Counted from the stretch's first letter, positions 1 to 9,683 are shown. The stretch is 64,000 bases of DNA from Verrucomicrobiota bacterium (GCA_016871725.1 VHCL01000005.1:20761-84760); one strand, 5' to 3'. The notes: a model not told the origin generated them from the letters alone. Program-made: numbers and translations.

Positions 1-429
1 CGGAAGAGCCCCAACCTCCACGGACTGTTCAACGGTCAGAACCTCATCGGCATGGACCCGCTGCCGCTCCTCGGCCAACGGAGCGTCGACGTGCTCGCGC
101 TCGTGCGTCGCCAGCCGACGGCGCTGACGGTCGTCCTCCGCGCGCCCAAGGTCCCCGACTTCGTCACGCGCTATCCGGTCCTCGCGCGCGGGGAGCGCGG
201 CAAGGCCGCCGGCTGGTACGTGGAGTTCTCCTGGCAGGGCATGCCGCTGCGCTGGACGGCGCTCGAGGCCGGCAACCCGCGGCTGCCCGCGCAGGGCTGG
301 CAGATCGCCGAAGTCGACGTCACCCAACGCCCCTTGCTCATCCGTCGCAAGCTGCTCGCGGCGGACGGACGCAAGCCGGGCGAACTGCTGACGCAGAACG
401 TCGGCATCCTCCTCTCGACGGCGCGCTAG
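1..429 (+). CDS. hypothetical protein, C-terminal fragment (frame open from window edge)
   Basis: Frame 1 has no stop from nt 1 to TAG at 427-429. The ORF track lists 52..429. No motif recognised. Confidence 0.4.
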   Translation, partial: RKSPNLHGLFNGQNLIGMDPLPLLGQRSVDVLALVRRQPTALTVVLRAPKVPDFVTRYPVLARGERGKAAGWYVEFSWQGMPLRWTALEAGNPRLPAQGWQIAEVDVTQRPLLIRRKLLAADGRKPGELLTQNVGILLSTAR

Positions 430-971
430 TTCAGCCCGGGATCCTCGGGCGAATCCGCCTCGAGCCGCAGGTCCGGCCGATGCGCCGCGAGCAGGTGCTT
501 CCACAGGGCGACGCCTTCCAGACCGGCGCATGCGCCGTCGAAGGGGCAGACGACCCAGGCGTTCATGCGGAGTTCGTTCTCGAGCTGGCCGGGCGACCAC
601 CCCGCATACCCCACGTAGGCCCGCAGGGCGAACCGGCCTTCCGCGGCGAGCCTTACCGCCTCCTCCTGGTCGAGGCCGAAACGGACGTCCGGCGCCGCGT
701 CGGCGGGGAAGCACCAACCGCCGAAGGCGAGCCGGTCCGTGGCCACGGGACCGCCCTCGAAGAGCGGCACGCCGTCCAGGGGCGCGAGGTCCACGGCGGC
801 GTCGACCTGTCCCAGCTCGCGGCCGAGCGGACGGTTGATGATCACGCCGAGCGCGCCGTCCTGGGCGTCATGCGAGTGCAGCAGCACGACGGTCTCGCGG
901 AAATGGTCGTCACGCAGCTGGGGATGGGAGACCAGCAGCCAGCCCGCCAACGTTCGCGGCGTCCGCGCCAT
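426..971 (-). CDS. YqgE/AlgH family protein (UPF0301)
   Basis: 181 aa. Typical family pattern LLVSHPQL.D..F..TVVLL..H...GA.G.IINRP and a YAGWSPGQLE motif. Confidence 0.8.
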   Translation of the reverse strand: MARTPRTLAGWLLVSHPQLRDDHFRETVVLLHSHDAQDGALGVIINRPLGRELGQVDAAVDLAPLDGVPLFEGGPVATDRLAFGGWCFPADAAPDVRFGLDQEEAVRLAAEGRFALRAYVGYAGWSPGQLENELRMNAWVVCPFDGACAGLEGVALWKHLLAAHRPDLRLEADSPEDPGLN

Positions 972-1447
972 CAGCGCGCGAGCCGCGTGACCTTCACGCC
1001 GGCCTGGCCGAACATCTCCGCGACGAGCGGGTCGTTCTTGTAGTCGTGCCGGTACCGCACCTCGGTGATGCCGGCGGCGGCGAGGATCTTCGCGCAGTTC
1101 ACGCAGGGGAAATGGGTGACGTAGCAGACGGTGCCCTGCAGCGAGACGCCCCGCTTGGCGGCGTCGGCCACGGCGTTCTGCTCGGCGTGCACGGTCGCGA
1201 GCTCGTGGCCGTCCCGGACATGCGAGTCATGCGGCGCGCCCGGCAGGAAGCCGTTGTAGCCGGCGGCGACGAGTCGGTTCGGATGCTTGCCGGTCGAGAC
1301 GATGATGCACCCGACGTGCAGGCGCTCGCAGCTGGAGCGGGAACTGACGAGCACGGCGGTGGCCATGAAGTATTCGTCCCACGTCGGACGGGAACCCCCG
1401 TTCACGAGGGCCTCGAGCTGTTCGGCGAGGGAGGGGGGCTGGCTCAT
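971..1447 (-). CDS. dCMP deaminase (zinc CMP/dCMP deaminase, ComEB-type)
   Basis: The last 158 aa of ORF 971..1852 carry VHAEQNA and PCVNCAK zinc motifs. Start trimmed to MSQPPS, whose ATG overlaps the menA stop (ATGA). The upstream 135 aa are Arg/Pro-rich read-through. Confidence 0.85.
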   Translation of the reverse strand: MSQPPSLAEQLEALVNGGSRPTWDEYFMATAVLVSSRSSCERLHVGCIIVSTGKHPNRLVAAGYNGFLPGAPHDSHVRDGHELATVHAEQNAVADAAKRGVSLQGTVCYVTHFPCVNCAKILAAAGITEVRYRHDYKNDPLVAEMFGQAGVKVTRLAR

Positions 1448-2409
1448 CGCGACCCAAGGTTGCCAGCCGGCACCCACCCTAGGCAAGTGGCAGTTACGCA
1501 CAGGATCGTGGCCAGGAGCATCAGCACGGCGGCCTGCCCCAGGAACGGCAGGAAATCGGCCGGCCGGGCGGCCCGGCGGAAGGCGAGGTGCTGCCAGATC
1601 GCCCAAGGCAGCAAGGCCAGCGGCGCCCAGCCGAAGACGGCCCCGAGGCAGGCCAGGCCGCCGACCGCGTTGAACCCATGGAGGTTCCGGGCGAAGCCGC
1701 GGCCGAAACGCACGACCGTGGTGCGTTTGCCGACGGCGAGGTCGGTCTCGTAATCGCGCGCGTTGTTCGCGACGAGGATGTTGTCGGCGAGCAGGCCGAG
1801 ACCGAGACCGGCCAGGAGCGCGGCGGCCCAGGGCATGGGCAAAGAATGGCAAACCCAGTTCTCTCCCCCCTTGTCGTAAATGCGGTCGGCACAGAGCGCC
1901 CAGGCGGTGAGCACGGTGGCCTGGACGCCGAAGCAGCCAACCACGAAGACGTCACCGAGACCGCGGTAAGCCAGCGGGAACGGACCGAGCGTATACGCGA
2001 GCGCGCAGGCGATCGCCAGGAGCCCGGCGAGCAACAACCAAGGCGAGAGCGATGCGACGGGCGCACCGAGGATCAACGCCAGCACGCAGGCGATCCAGAT
2101 GCCCCTTCGCATGGCGTCGGGCGCGATGTCACCGGCGGAGACGGCGCGGCGAGGGCCGACGCGCGCGGCGGTGTCCGCGCCGCGGAGGGAATCCCCAAGG
2201 TCGTTGGCGAAGTTGCAGGCGACCTGCACGCAGAGGGCGAAGCCCAGGCAGCTCAGCAGGAAGAAAATGAAGGACGGATCTGACCCGACGCCCGGCTGAC
2301 CGGCGCCGGGGTATGCCACGACGACCGCGGCTCCGAGAGCGACGGGCGCGACGGCCGCCACCAAGGTCTTGGGGCGAGTCGCGGCGATCCAGGCACGGAA
2401 GGTCGACAT
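1444..2409 (-). CDS. menA: 1,4-dihydroxy-2-naphthoate polyprenyltransferase (UbiA superfamily)
   Basis: 321 aa polytopic membrane protein with NFANDLGD (NxxxDxxxD) prenyltransferase motif and a MenA-like N-terminus (WIAATRPKTL). Confidence 0.75.
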   Translation of the reverse strand: MSTFRAWIAATRPKTLVAAVAPVALGAAVVVAYPGAGQPGVGSDPSFIFFLLSCLGFALCVQVACNFANDLGDSLRGADTAARVGPRRAVSAGDIAPDAMRRGIWIACVLALILGAPVASLSPWLLLAGLLAIACALAYTLGPFPLAYRGLGDVFVVGCFGVQATVLTAWALCADRIYDKGGENWVCHSLPMPWAAALLAGLGLGLLADNILVANNARDYETDLAVGKRTTVVRFGRGFARNLHGFNAVGGLACLGAVFGWAPLALLPWAIWQHLAFRRAARPADFLPFLGQAAVLMLLATILCVTATCLGWVPAGNLGSR

Positions 2410-2443
2410 GCGGAGGTGAAGGTGTCAGGCCGAAGCGGAACGG

Positions 2444-2475
2444 AAACAAAAAAGCCCCGCGACGCGGGGCTTTTC
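2444..2475 (-). terminator. Rho-independent terminator after the prepilin-like gene
   Basis: GCCCCGCG-A-CGCGGGGC palindrome at 2454-2470, flanked by an A-tract (2444-2453) and TTTT (2471-2474). On the minus strand the hairpin is followed by TTTTTTGTTT. Confidence 0.6.
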
Positions 2476-2493
2476 GGGAGGCCGACGGGCGGC

Positions 2494-3231
2494 TTACTGC
2501 TGCGGCAGCGCCTGCGCGGTGGCCGGCACGCCGCGGGACTGCAGCCAGTTGGCCGTCGGAGCGCCCGCGGTGTCCGTGAAGTAGAACTGGCCGGTGACCA
2601 ACGTGTTGGTGCACCAGGAGACGTGGCCGTCGCCGTAGACGATGTGGCCGCCTTCCGGACCCCAGCAGGAACCGGCGTTGGTGCCGTCCGCTACGGGCCA
2701 GGCGCCGGCGTTGGTCAGACCGCGGCTCCAGGCGAGGGGCACGGCGACGGAACCGACGACGCCCGAAGAGGTGCCGGAGTAGACGGTCCAGGAGGTGCCG
2801 GTGCCGGTGGTGATGGCGTTGATGAAGAGCGGATCGATCACCGTGTTGGCGCCCTGCACGCGGATGACGTTCTTCGGCAGGTTCGGGATGGTGTTACGCT
2901 CGAGCATCGCGTCGCCGTCGACGAACCAGAGCTCGCCCGAGTCGAGGGCGGCGCCGGCCGCGAGGTTGGCGGCGTATTCGGAGGTCTTGGTCGCGACGTT
3001 GCCGGCCGCGGTCCAGGTGCCCGTGCGGGTCATCACCTTGCCGCCTTGGGCCCAGTTCATGTAGCCCTGGCCGATGGAGCGGAGCTTGTTCAGCGCGCTG
3101 TTCTTCTTGGCGGAGCGCATCACGCCCTGCACGCCGGGGAAGAGCACGGCGGCGAGGACGCCGATGATCGCGATGACGGTCAGCAGCTCGATGAGCGTGA
3201 AGCCTTTGCGGGAACGGGAGACGGGGGTCAT
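2494..3231 (-). CDS. prepilin-type N-terminal cleavage/methylation domain protein with H-X9-DG C-terminus
   Basis: KGFTLIELLTVIAIIGVLAAVL class-III signal near the N-terminus. C-terminal GGHIVYGDGHVSW motif. Confidence 0.85.
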   Translation of the reverse strand: MTPVSRSRKGFTLIELLTVIAIIGVLAAVLFPGVQGVMRSAKKNSALNKLRSIGQGYMNWAQGGKVMTRTGTWTAAGNVATKTSEYAANLAAGAALDSGELWFVDGDAMLERNTIPNLPKNVIRVQGANTVIDPLFINAITTGTGTSWTVYSGTSSGVVGSVAVPLAWSRGLTNAGAWPVADGTNAGSCWGPEGGHIVYGDGHVSWCTNTLVTGQFYFTDTAGAPTANWLQSRGVPATAQALPQQ

Positions 3232-3301
3232 AGATTTGGGGGTAAGGTGAGATTAGGCGGTTTCGGCCTCCTAGGGAAGCCGAAAAGCAACCCTTATATC
3301 A

Positions 3302-4576
3302 TCAATAAGGGAGGGGGAAGCGGCCGGACAGGGACGCGACGATGCCTTGGGCCTCGGCGATCCTGGCCGGATCCTGCGGACCGGAAAGCACGACGGCGAT
3401 GGCCTTGGCGATCTCCTTCATCTCGGCCTCCTTCATGCCACGGGAGGTCACGGCCGGGGTGCCGACGCGGATGCCGCTGGCCTGGAAGGGGCTGCGGGTC
3501 TCGTCCGGCACGGTGTTCTTGTTGGTCGTGATATGGGCGGCGTCCAGGGCGAGCTGGGCGTCCTTGCCGGTGACCTCCGGGTGGCTCTTGCGGAGATCGA
3601 GGAGGCTGAGGTGGTTGTCGGTGCCGCCGCTGATGAGGTGGAAGCCGAGCTTCACGAGCTCGGCGGCGAGCGCCTTGGAATTGGCGACGACCTGCCTGGC
3701 GTAGTCCTTGAACTCCGGCGTGGCGCACTGCGCGAAGCAGATCGCCTTGGCGGCGATGACGTGCTCGAGCGGGCCGCCCTGGGCGCCGGGGAAGACGGAG
3801 GAGTCGATGGCCTTGGCGTGCTCGGCCTTGCAAAGGATCAGGCCGCCGCGCGGACCGCGCAGGGTCTTGTGCGTGGTGGTGGTCACGAAGTCGGCGTACG
3901 GGACGGGCGACGGATGCACGCCCGCGGCGACGAGGCCCGCGATGTGGGCGATGTCGGCGAGCAGGAGCGCGCCGTTCTCCTTGGCGATCCTGCCGAAGCG
4001 GGCGAAGTCGATCTCCCGGGCGTAGGCGGACGCGCCGACGGTGATCATCTTGGGCTTCTCGCGCTTGGCCATCTCCTCGACTTCGTCGTAGTTGATGCGG
4101 CCGTCGGCGCCCACGCCGTAGTGGACGACGGTGTAGAGCTTGCCGGAGAAGTTCGCGGCGTTGCCGTGCGTGAGGTGGCCGCCATGCGAAAGGTTCATCG
4201 TCAGGATCTTGTCGCCGGGCTTGATGCTGGCGAAGTAGACGGCGGCGTTGGCCTGGCTGCCGGAGTGCGGCTGGACGTTCGCGTGGTCGGCGCCGAAGAG
4301 GGACTTGGCGCGGTCGATGGCGAGCTGCTCGATCTGGTCGACGTTCTCACAGCCGCCGTACCAGCGCTTGCCGGGGTAACCTTCGGCGTACTTGTTGGTG
4401 AGGATGCTGCCTTGGGCCTCCATCACGGCGGGGAGCGTGAAATTCTCGGAGGCGATCAGCTCGATGTGCGTCTGCTGGCGCTTGAGCTCGGCCTGGATGA
4501 GGCGGTCGATCTCAGGATCCAGCTGGGCGAGAGGGATGCGGCGGATGGCGGTCATGTTGGGAAGATGGAAGGGCAA
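3302..4576 (-). CDS. glyA: serine hydroxymethyltransferase
   Basis: 424 aa with [20 protein letters not shown] and other SHMT signatures. The true start may be the internal MTAIRR Met at 4555. Confidence 0.95.
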   Translation of the reverse strand: MPFHLPNMTAIRRIPLAQLDPEIDRLIQAELKRQQTHIELIASENFTLPAVMEAQGSILTNKYAEGYPGKRWYGGCENVDQIEQLAIDRAKSLFGADHANVQPHSGSQANAAVYFASIKPGDKILTMNLSHGGHLTHGNAANFSGKLYTVVHYGVGADGRINYDEVEEMAKREKPKMITVGASAYAREIDFARFGRIAKENGALLLADIAHIAGLVAAGVHPSPVPYADFVTTTTHKTLRGPRGGLILCKAEHAKAIDSSVFPGAQGGPLEHVIAAKAICFAQCATPEFKDYARQVVANSKALAAELVKLGFHLISGGTDNHLSLLDLRKSHPEVTGKDAQLALDAAHITTNKNTVPDETRSPFQASGIRVGTPAVTSRGMKEAEMKEIAKAIAVVLSGPQDPARIAEAQGIVASLSGRFPLPY

Positions 4577-4615
4577 ATCGTGGGAGGAAACGTGGCAACG
4601 GCAAATCCGCCGGGG

Positions 4616-5065
4616 TTATCCACAGGAAGGCTCCATCTTGTCCACGCGGCGGGTATGCCGGCCGGCCTCGAACTCGGCCGCCAGGAAGGCCTCGACGCAC
4701 GCCAAGGCGGTCGGGAGGTCGACGTATTTGGCCCCGAAACAAAGGACATTGGCGTCGTTGTGGCGGCGGCTCAGGCCGGCGGCGTCGGCGCTCTGGACCA
4801 AGGCGGCGCGGACGCCCCGCAGCTTGTTGGCGGCGATGGAGATGCCGATGCCCGTCGTGCAGACGAGGATACCGAACCGGGCACGGCCGGCGACGACGTC
4901 GGCGCCCACGGCCTGGGCGTAATCCGGGTAATCGCACGAGGCCTCGGTCTCGGTGCCGCGGTCGAGGATGGCGTAGCCTCTGGCCTTCAGTGCTTCGCTG
5001 AGGCCGCGGCGCAGGGCGAGGCCGCCGTGGTCACTGCCGAAGGAAAGCGTAAGCGGGCTGGTCAT
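4616..5065 (-). CDS. rpiB: ribose-5-phosphate isomerase B
   Basis: 149 aa with GSDHGG, LVCTTGIGISIAANK and RRHNDANVLCFG motifs. Confidence 0.9.
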   Translation of the reverse strand: MTSPLTLSFGSDHGGLALRRGLSEALKARGYAILDRGTETEASCDYPDYAQAVGADVVAGRARFGILVCTTGIGISIAANKLRGVRAALVQSADAAGLSRRHNDANVLCFGAKYVDLPTALACVEAFLAAEFEAGRHTRRVDKMEPSCG

Positions 5066-5547
5066 CGCGGGAGGTTATGCCGCAGAAACTCCACCATCGC
5101 GGGGATGGCTTCAACCATGGAATCACGGCATTCCTCATACTCGCGATAGGGCCCGCCGAAGGGATCGGGGATGTCGCGCGGGACCTCCGCCGGCAAGACG
5201 TCGCGGAGCAGGAGCACATGCTCGGGCAGGGCGTCGAAACGGGCGTGCAGGGCGGCGAGATGGGATTCGGTCATGCCGAAGATCACGCAGCTGCGGTCCA
5301 CGTCGGCCTGGGTGAGCAGACGGCTGCGATGGGCGCCGATGTCCAAGCCGATGCGCTGCATGGCCTTGACGGAGTTGGTCGAGGCGGGGCAACCGGACTC
5401 GGCGGCGAGGCCGAAGGAGGCCACCTTGAGCTGCTCGAGCCCCTGCCCTCGCTTGGTCAGGGTCGCCCGGAGCAACGCCTCCGCCATCGGACTGCGACAG
5501 GTGTTACCCGTGCAGACAAACGTGACGGTGTCTCGCTCGACGGCCAT
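5062..5547 (-). CDS. low-molecular-weight protein-tyrosine phosphatase
   Basis: 161 aa with the VCTGNTCRSPMAE C(X)5R(S) active-site loop. Its stop overlaps the rpiB start (ATGA). Confidence 0.85.
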   Translation of the reverse strand: MAVERDTVTFVCTGNTCRSPMAEALLRATLTKRGQGLEQLKVASFGLAAESGCPASTNSVKAMQRIGLDIGAHRSRLLTQADVDRSCVIFGMTESHLAALHARFDALPEHVLLLRDVLPAEVPRDIPDPFGGPYREYEECRDSMVEAIPAMVEFLRHNLPR

Positions 5548-5585
5548 GGCTCCAAGATGAGGGATAAGCCCCTCGGTTCAAGTGC

Positions 5586-6884
5586 TCAAAGCACCCCGTC
5601 GCGACGGAGCTGGCGGTAACCGATGTCCCGGCGGAAGTGGCGGCCTTCGTACCGGATCTGCGGGACCACGGCGTAGGCCCGACGGGCGGCCTCCTGCAGG
5701 GTCGGGCCATGGGCCACCACCCCCAGCACGCGGCCGCCGGTCGTGACGACCTGTCCGTCAGCGAGGCGCTTGGTGCCGCCATGGACGATGTCGACGCCTT
5801 CCGGCAGGCTGGCAGGCAAGGTGATAGGGTCGCCCTTGCGGATCTCGCCGGGATAGCCGCCGGCAGCCAAGACGACGATGATCGTCGCGCCGGGGCGCAG
5901 CTTCACGGCCGAGGGACGGAAACGGCCATGGGCGATGTCTTCCATGATCTGCACCGGGTCGGTCTCGAGGGAAGGCATGAGCACCTGACACTCGGGATCG
6001 CCGAAGCGGACGTTGAACTCGACGACCTTCGGGCCAGTCGCGGTCACCATGATGCCGACGTAGAGCGTGCCGCGGTAATCGATGCCGTCGGCCTTGAGGC
6101 CGCGCAGCGTGGGCGCGATGATCTCCTCGCGGAGACGACGTTCGACCTCGGGCGTGACCACGGTCGTGGGGGCGTAAGCGCCCATGCCCCCGGTGTTGAG
6201 GCCGGTGTCGCCCTCGCCGACGCGCTTATGGTCCTGGCTCGGCGGAAGCATCAGGTACTCCTCGCGGCAGACCATGAGCATGATCGAGGCCTCTTCGCCC
6301 TGCATGAACTCCTCGATGACGACCTCGTCGCCCGACGCCCCGAAGACCTTGGTCTCCATCATGTCGCGCAGCGCGGCCTCGGCCTCGGCGTGGGTGGTCG
6401 CGATGACGACGCCCTTCCCCGCCGCCAGGCCCGAGGCCTTGATGACGATCGGGACGGGCTGCCGGCGGACGTATTCCAAGGCCGGAGCCAGGGCACGGAA
6501 AGTCTCGGAAGCGGCGGTCGGCACCTTGTGACGAACCATGAAATCCTTGCTGAAGGCCTTGCTGGCCTCGAGACGCGCGCCGGCGGCGAGCGGGCCGTAA
6601 GCGGGGATGCCCGCGGCTTCGAGGGCGTCGACCACGCCGGCGGCGAGCGGGACTTCCGGGCCGACGATCACGAAATTGGACTGGGTGCGGCGGACCAGCT
6701 CGAGGACGGCTGGGGGGTTCGCCACGTCGACGTCGAGGCATTCGGCCTCGAGGGCCATGCCGCCGTTGCCGGGGGCGACCCGCACCTTGGCCACCCGCGG
6801 GCTGCGGAGGCAGGCCTTGAGCAAGGCGTGTTCGCGGCCGCCGGAGCCGAGGATGAGGACGTCGAGTTTTCCCTGCGTAGCCAT
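5586..6884 (-). CDS. purD: phosphoribosylamine-glycine ligase
   Basis: 432 aa with VLILGSGGREHAL N-terminus and ATP-grasp core (GLAAGKGV, VVEFNVRFGDPE). Confidence 0.95.
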   Translation of the reverse strand: MATQGKLDVLILGSGGREHALLKACLRSPRVAKVRVAPGNGGMALEAECLDVDVANPPAVLELVRRTQSNFVIVGPEVPLAAGVVDALEAAGIPAYGPLAAGARLEASKAFSKDFMVRHKVPTAASETFRALAPALEYVRRQPVPIVIKASGLAAGKGVVIATTHAEAEAALRDMMETKVFGASGDEVVIEEFMQGEEASIMLMVCREEYLMLPPSQDHKRVGEGDTGLNTGGMGAYAPTTVVTPEVERRLREEIIAPTLRGLKADGIDYRGTLYVGIMVTATGPKVVEFNVRFGDPECQVLMPSLETDPVQIMEDIAHGRFRPSAVKLRPGATIIVVLAAGGYPGEIRKGDPITLPASLPEGVDIVHGGTKRLADGQVVTTGGRVLGVVAHGPTLQEAARRAYAVVPQIRYEGRHFRRDIGYRQLRRDGVL

Positions 6885-6964
6885 GCCCCTACTACTGCGG
6901 GGTGTCGGGAATGATGTGAACCAAAAACAGGGCCGGCCCGTTTCCGGACCGACCCAGCCTAAAT

Positions 6965-7048
6965 TGGTGCTCAGGCCGGGACTTGAACCCGGACACCTTG
7001 CGGCACATGCACCTCAAGCATGCGTGTCTGCCATTCCACCACCTGAGC
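6965..7048 (-). tRNA. tRNA-Leu (anticodon GAG), CCA encoded
   Basis: Reverse complement folds as acceptor GCTCAGG/CCTGAGC, anticodon stem CATGC/GCATG with loop TTGAGGT, a long variable arm, T-arm CCGGG-TTCAAGT-CCCGG, and A-CCA at the 3' end. Confidence 0.85.
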
Positions 7049-7104
7049 AATAAAGGAAGGAGCACGCTGGAACTCCTGACGAGGGGCGCAAGTAAAAAGC
7101 GATT

Positions 7105-8595
7105 GTGCCGATGCTTGCCAAGCGGACTTCTTTCCAAACGCTCACTTCCTCAATGTCCTCCGACTCGGCTGAAAACAACCCTCCCAAGGAAAAGTCCTTC
7201 GAACTGGACCTCTCTTCCCTTGGTTTCGGGCCCTCCTGGGTCAGCGGACCCTCCGAAAAGGTCAGCTCCGGGAACGGCGGCCCGCGCCGTGACGGCGACC
7301 GCCCCCGCTTCCGCGACGGCCCCGGCGGCGAACGCCGCGGCCCGCCCCGCGACGGCCAGAGCCGCGGCCCGCGCCGTGACGGCCCCGGCGGGCCCCGCCG
7401 TGACGACCGCGGCCCGCGTCGCGATGACCGTAGCCCCCGCCGCGACGACCGCGGTCCTTCCCGTTACGACGACGCTCCGGCCTTCCGCCCGGTCGTCGCC
7501 AGCGCGTTCTTCCCCGACGACGCCAAGTTCGAGATTCTCGGCGGCGCGATGAAGAAGAGCAAGATGACCTACGAGCTCTTCGAGGTCGCCCGCCTCATCC
7601 TCGACAAGGAAGACCGTCTCTCGATCGTCATCCGCCACCTCGAGGCCGAACAGCGCCCCGACGCCCTGCTCGCCGTCTCCGTCCCCGACGGCCACCCCTT
7701 CCTCACCGAGGCCGAAGCGGTCTCGCACGTGATGTCCCGCCACCTCGACAAGTTCTTCGACGTGGTCGAAGTCGAGGTCGAAGCCCCGAAGGGAGCCTTC
7801 CTGATGGTCGCCCGCTGCCCGCAGACGGGCAAGCTGCTCGGCGCCCCGACGCACCACAGCTACCAGCGCAACCTCCGAGAGCACCACGCCCGCCATTGCC
7901 CGAACATGCCGTTCGACGCCTTCAAGGGCCGCCTCGAGATGGTCCGCGAACAGGAACAGATCGACGCCTGGCTGAAGTCGATGTCCACCCGCAGCGAATA
8001 CGCGCCGAAGGACCGCAAGGAAGGCGAACCGGAACGCCTCGAGTCCCTCGACGCCGCCCGCGGCTTCCTCCAGGCCTTCCGCAAGGACCTCGTGGTGAAG
8101 ACCCATCCGTGGGTGCGCTTCGCCGGCCGCCTGCTCGAGGAGATGAACCCCGGCCCGCTCCGCGATTCCGTCCGCTACGCGCTCGAACAGCAGCGCGCCT
8201 TCCCCCTCGACACCGCCAACGGCATCCGCGGCCGCCTCCGCAAGGAAGGCTTCCACCTCTATAAGAAGGGCTCCAAGGGCATCACCTACGCCTGCTCGGT
8301 CCGCCGTCGCTGCCGCGACCCGAAGTCGACCTTCAGCGATCCGATGGCCCGCATCTTCGACTCGCTCGACCGCAAGCCGGCCCAGCAGGCCAAGGACCTC
8401 GTCCTCGCCCTCGCCGGCGAGAACGCCGAGGAAGCCGCGAAGACCCAGGTGCTCACCGACCTCTCTTTCCTCATCGGCGAAGGCTACATCGCCAACCTCC
8501 CCGACGGCCGTCTCTTCGCCCAGCCCATCCTGAGCAGCCAGGCCCAGGCCAAGGAAGAAGCCGCCAACGACGAGGCCGCGGACGAAGCCAAGTAA
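7105..8595 (+). CDS. hypothetical protein with Arg/Asp-rich repeat N-terminus
   Basis: 496-aa ORF with GC3-rich codons. Residues about 45-125 are GPRRD/RRDDR repeats. The remainder is unrecognised and ends in an acidic tail. An alternative start is MSSDSA at 7153. Confidence 0.6.
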   Translation: MPMLAKRTSFQTLTSSMSSDSAENNPPKEKSFELDLSSLGFGPSWVSGPSEKVSSGNGGPRRDGDRPRFRDGPGGERRGPPRDGQSRGPRRDGPGGPRRDDRGPRRDDRSPRRDDRGPSRYDDAPAFRPVVASAFFPDDAKFEILGGAMKKSKMTYELFEVARLILDKEDRLSIVIRHLEAEQRPDALLAVSVPDGHPFLTEAEAVSHVMSRHLDKFFDVVEVEVEAPKGAFLMVARCPQTGKLLGAPTHHSYQRNLREHHARHCPNMPFDAFKGRLEMVREQEQIDAWLKSMSTRSEYAPKDRKEGEPERLESLDAARGFLQAFRKDLVVKTHPWVRFAGRLLEEMNPGPLRDSVRYALEQQRAFPLDTANGIRGRLRKEGFHLYKKGSKGITYACSVRRRCRDPKSTFSDPMARIFDSLDRKPAQQAKDLVLALAGENAEEAAKTQVLTDLSFLIGEGYIANLPDGRLFAQPILSSQAQAKEEAANDEAADEAK

Positions 8596-8615
8596 GCGTC
8601 GAAGGCGCTTTGCTA

Positions 8616-8838
8616 AAGGTAGGGGCAGCACCGCGTGCTGCCCTTATTGTTTCTTAGGCCGCCGCATGGTGGCCCAAGGTAGGGGCAGGACTACGTCATG
8701 CCCCTCGATACAGAAAGGGCGCGGCGTAGCCTCGCCCCTACCATCGCGTTCACCATCCGGCGAACGCAAGAGGGCAGCACGCGGTGCTGCCCCTACCCCA
8801 AGGCAATCCCAACCGCTAACCGCCAACCGCTATCCGCT
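8616..8838. repeat. mosaic palindromic intergenic element (REP/BIME-like) with an AACCGCY heptamer array
   Basis: AAGGTAGGGGCAGCACCGCGTGCTGCCC at 8616-8643 and its inverted copy at 8771-8799. Internal module 8676-8742 is bounded by GGTAGGGGC...GCCCCTACC. Four AACCGCY heptamers at 8811-8838. Confidence 0.75.
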
Positions 8839-8855
8839 GCTAACTGTTGACGCTC

Positions 8856-9587
8856 TTATTTCCAATTCTCCGCGATCCACGGCGTGGGCAGCACGCGGCG
8901 ATACCACTTGCCGCTGCGGCCGACGAGCGCGTCGGGCGGATTCGGAAGACCGTGGAAGACGACGATCTTGGCTTCGGCGGGGATCTCCGGCGTCTGCCAG
9001 AGAGAGAACGGGAAATACTTCACGCAGTGCTTCTTGAAACTGCGGCACCAGGTCTCGGGCCAGTAGCTGACCTTGCCCTGCGCGGTCAGGTGCGCGGTCA
9101 GGAACTCCTGTTCGTTGCGGTGCCGCTTACGCACGGCGTCGAGGTTCGCGCGGAAATATTCGAGCACGTCCGGATAGGTGCCGGCGCGCCAACGGTAGAC
9201 CGACGAGTTGCCGGTGTAGTGCCCCTTCTGCCAGTCGCGGATGATCAGGAAGTCGCCCGGATGATCGAAGAAGCCGTCCATGTTGCCGACGACGACGATG
9301 TCGATGTCGAGGAAGAGGATGTCGCCCTTGAGCTCGGGACCACCGGGGGCGGTGAGCGCGGGCGAGAACGAGACGAGCTTGGTCCAACCGCGCTCCGGGG
9401 CGCCGGCCGGTAGCTCGAGGCTCGGGATCGGGAAGGTCTCGATGCCGGCGTTGAGCCCGGTCTTGTCGTCCGTGAGGCAGACGAAGCGGTGCGGGATGGT
9501 CAGGTGGCGGCTCACCATGGAGTGGAGTCGGTTGACGTATTCCGGGCCGTATTTTTTGCCCCACTTCATGCAGAGGATGGTCGCCAT
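8856..9587 (-). CDS. putative glycosyltransferase (GT-A-like)
   Basis: 243 aa with CMKWGKKYGPEYVN N-terminus and an LDIDIVV DxD-like motif. The family call comes from memory of similar unclassified glycosyltransferases. Confidence 0.55.
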   Translation of the reverse strand: MATILCMKWGKKYGPEYVNRLHSMVSRHLTIPHRFVCLTDDKTGLNAGIETFPIPSLELPAGAPERGWTKLVSFSPALTAPGGPELKGDILFLDIDIVVVGNMDGFFDHPGDFLIIRDWQKGHYTGNSSVYRWRAGTYPDVLEYFRANLDAVRKRHRNEQEFLTAHLTAQGKVSYWPETWCRSFKKHCVKYFPFSLWQTPEIPAEAKIVVFHGLPNPPDALVGRSGKWYRRVLPTPWIAENWK

Positions 9588-9683
9588 GCTGCCGCCAGCG
9601 TGGGGATTCCCCGCCTTTGCTCCAGCCTGTTATGACGGAGCGACCCCTTGCGGCTCCCCCACCCTCGGGCATACCATACCCTC

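Noticed and set aside
2494-3231. The prepilin-like gene as part of a pilus or type II secretion operon
   Set aside because: It is solitary between glyA and menA with its own terminator. No secretin, ATPase or platform genes are in the window. It is probably one of the many H-X9-DG paralogues typical of PVC genomes.
6965-7048. tRNA-Leu (and tRNA-Ser at 16031-16118) as integration sites of a genomic island or prophage
   Set aside because: No integrase, phage or transposase gene is adjacent. I saw no direct repeat of a tRNA 3' end in the flanks. The neighbours are housekeeping genes.
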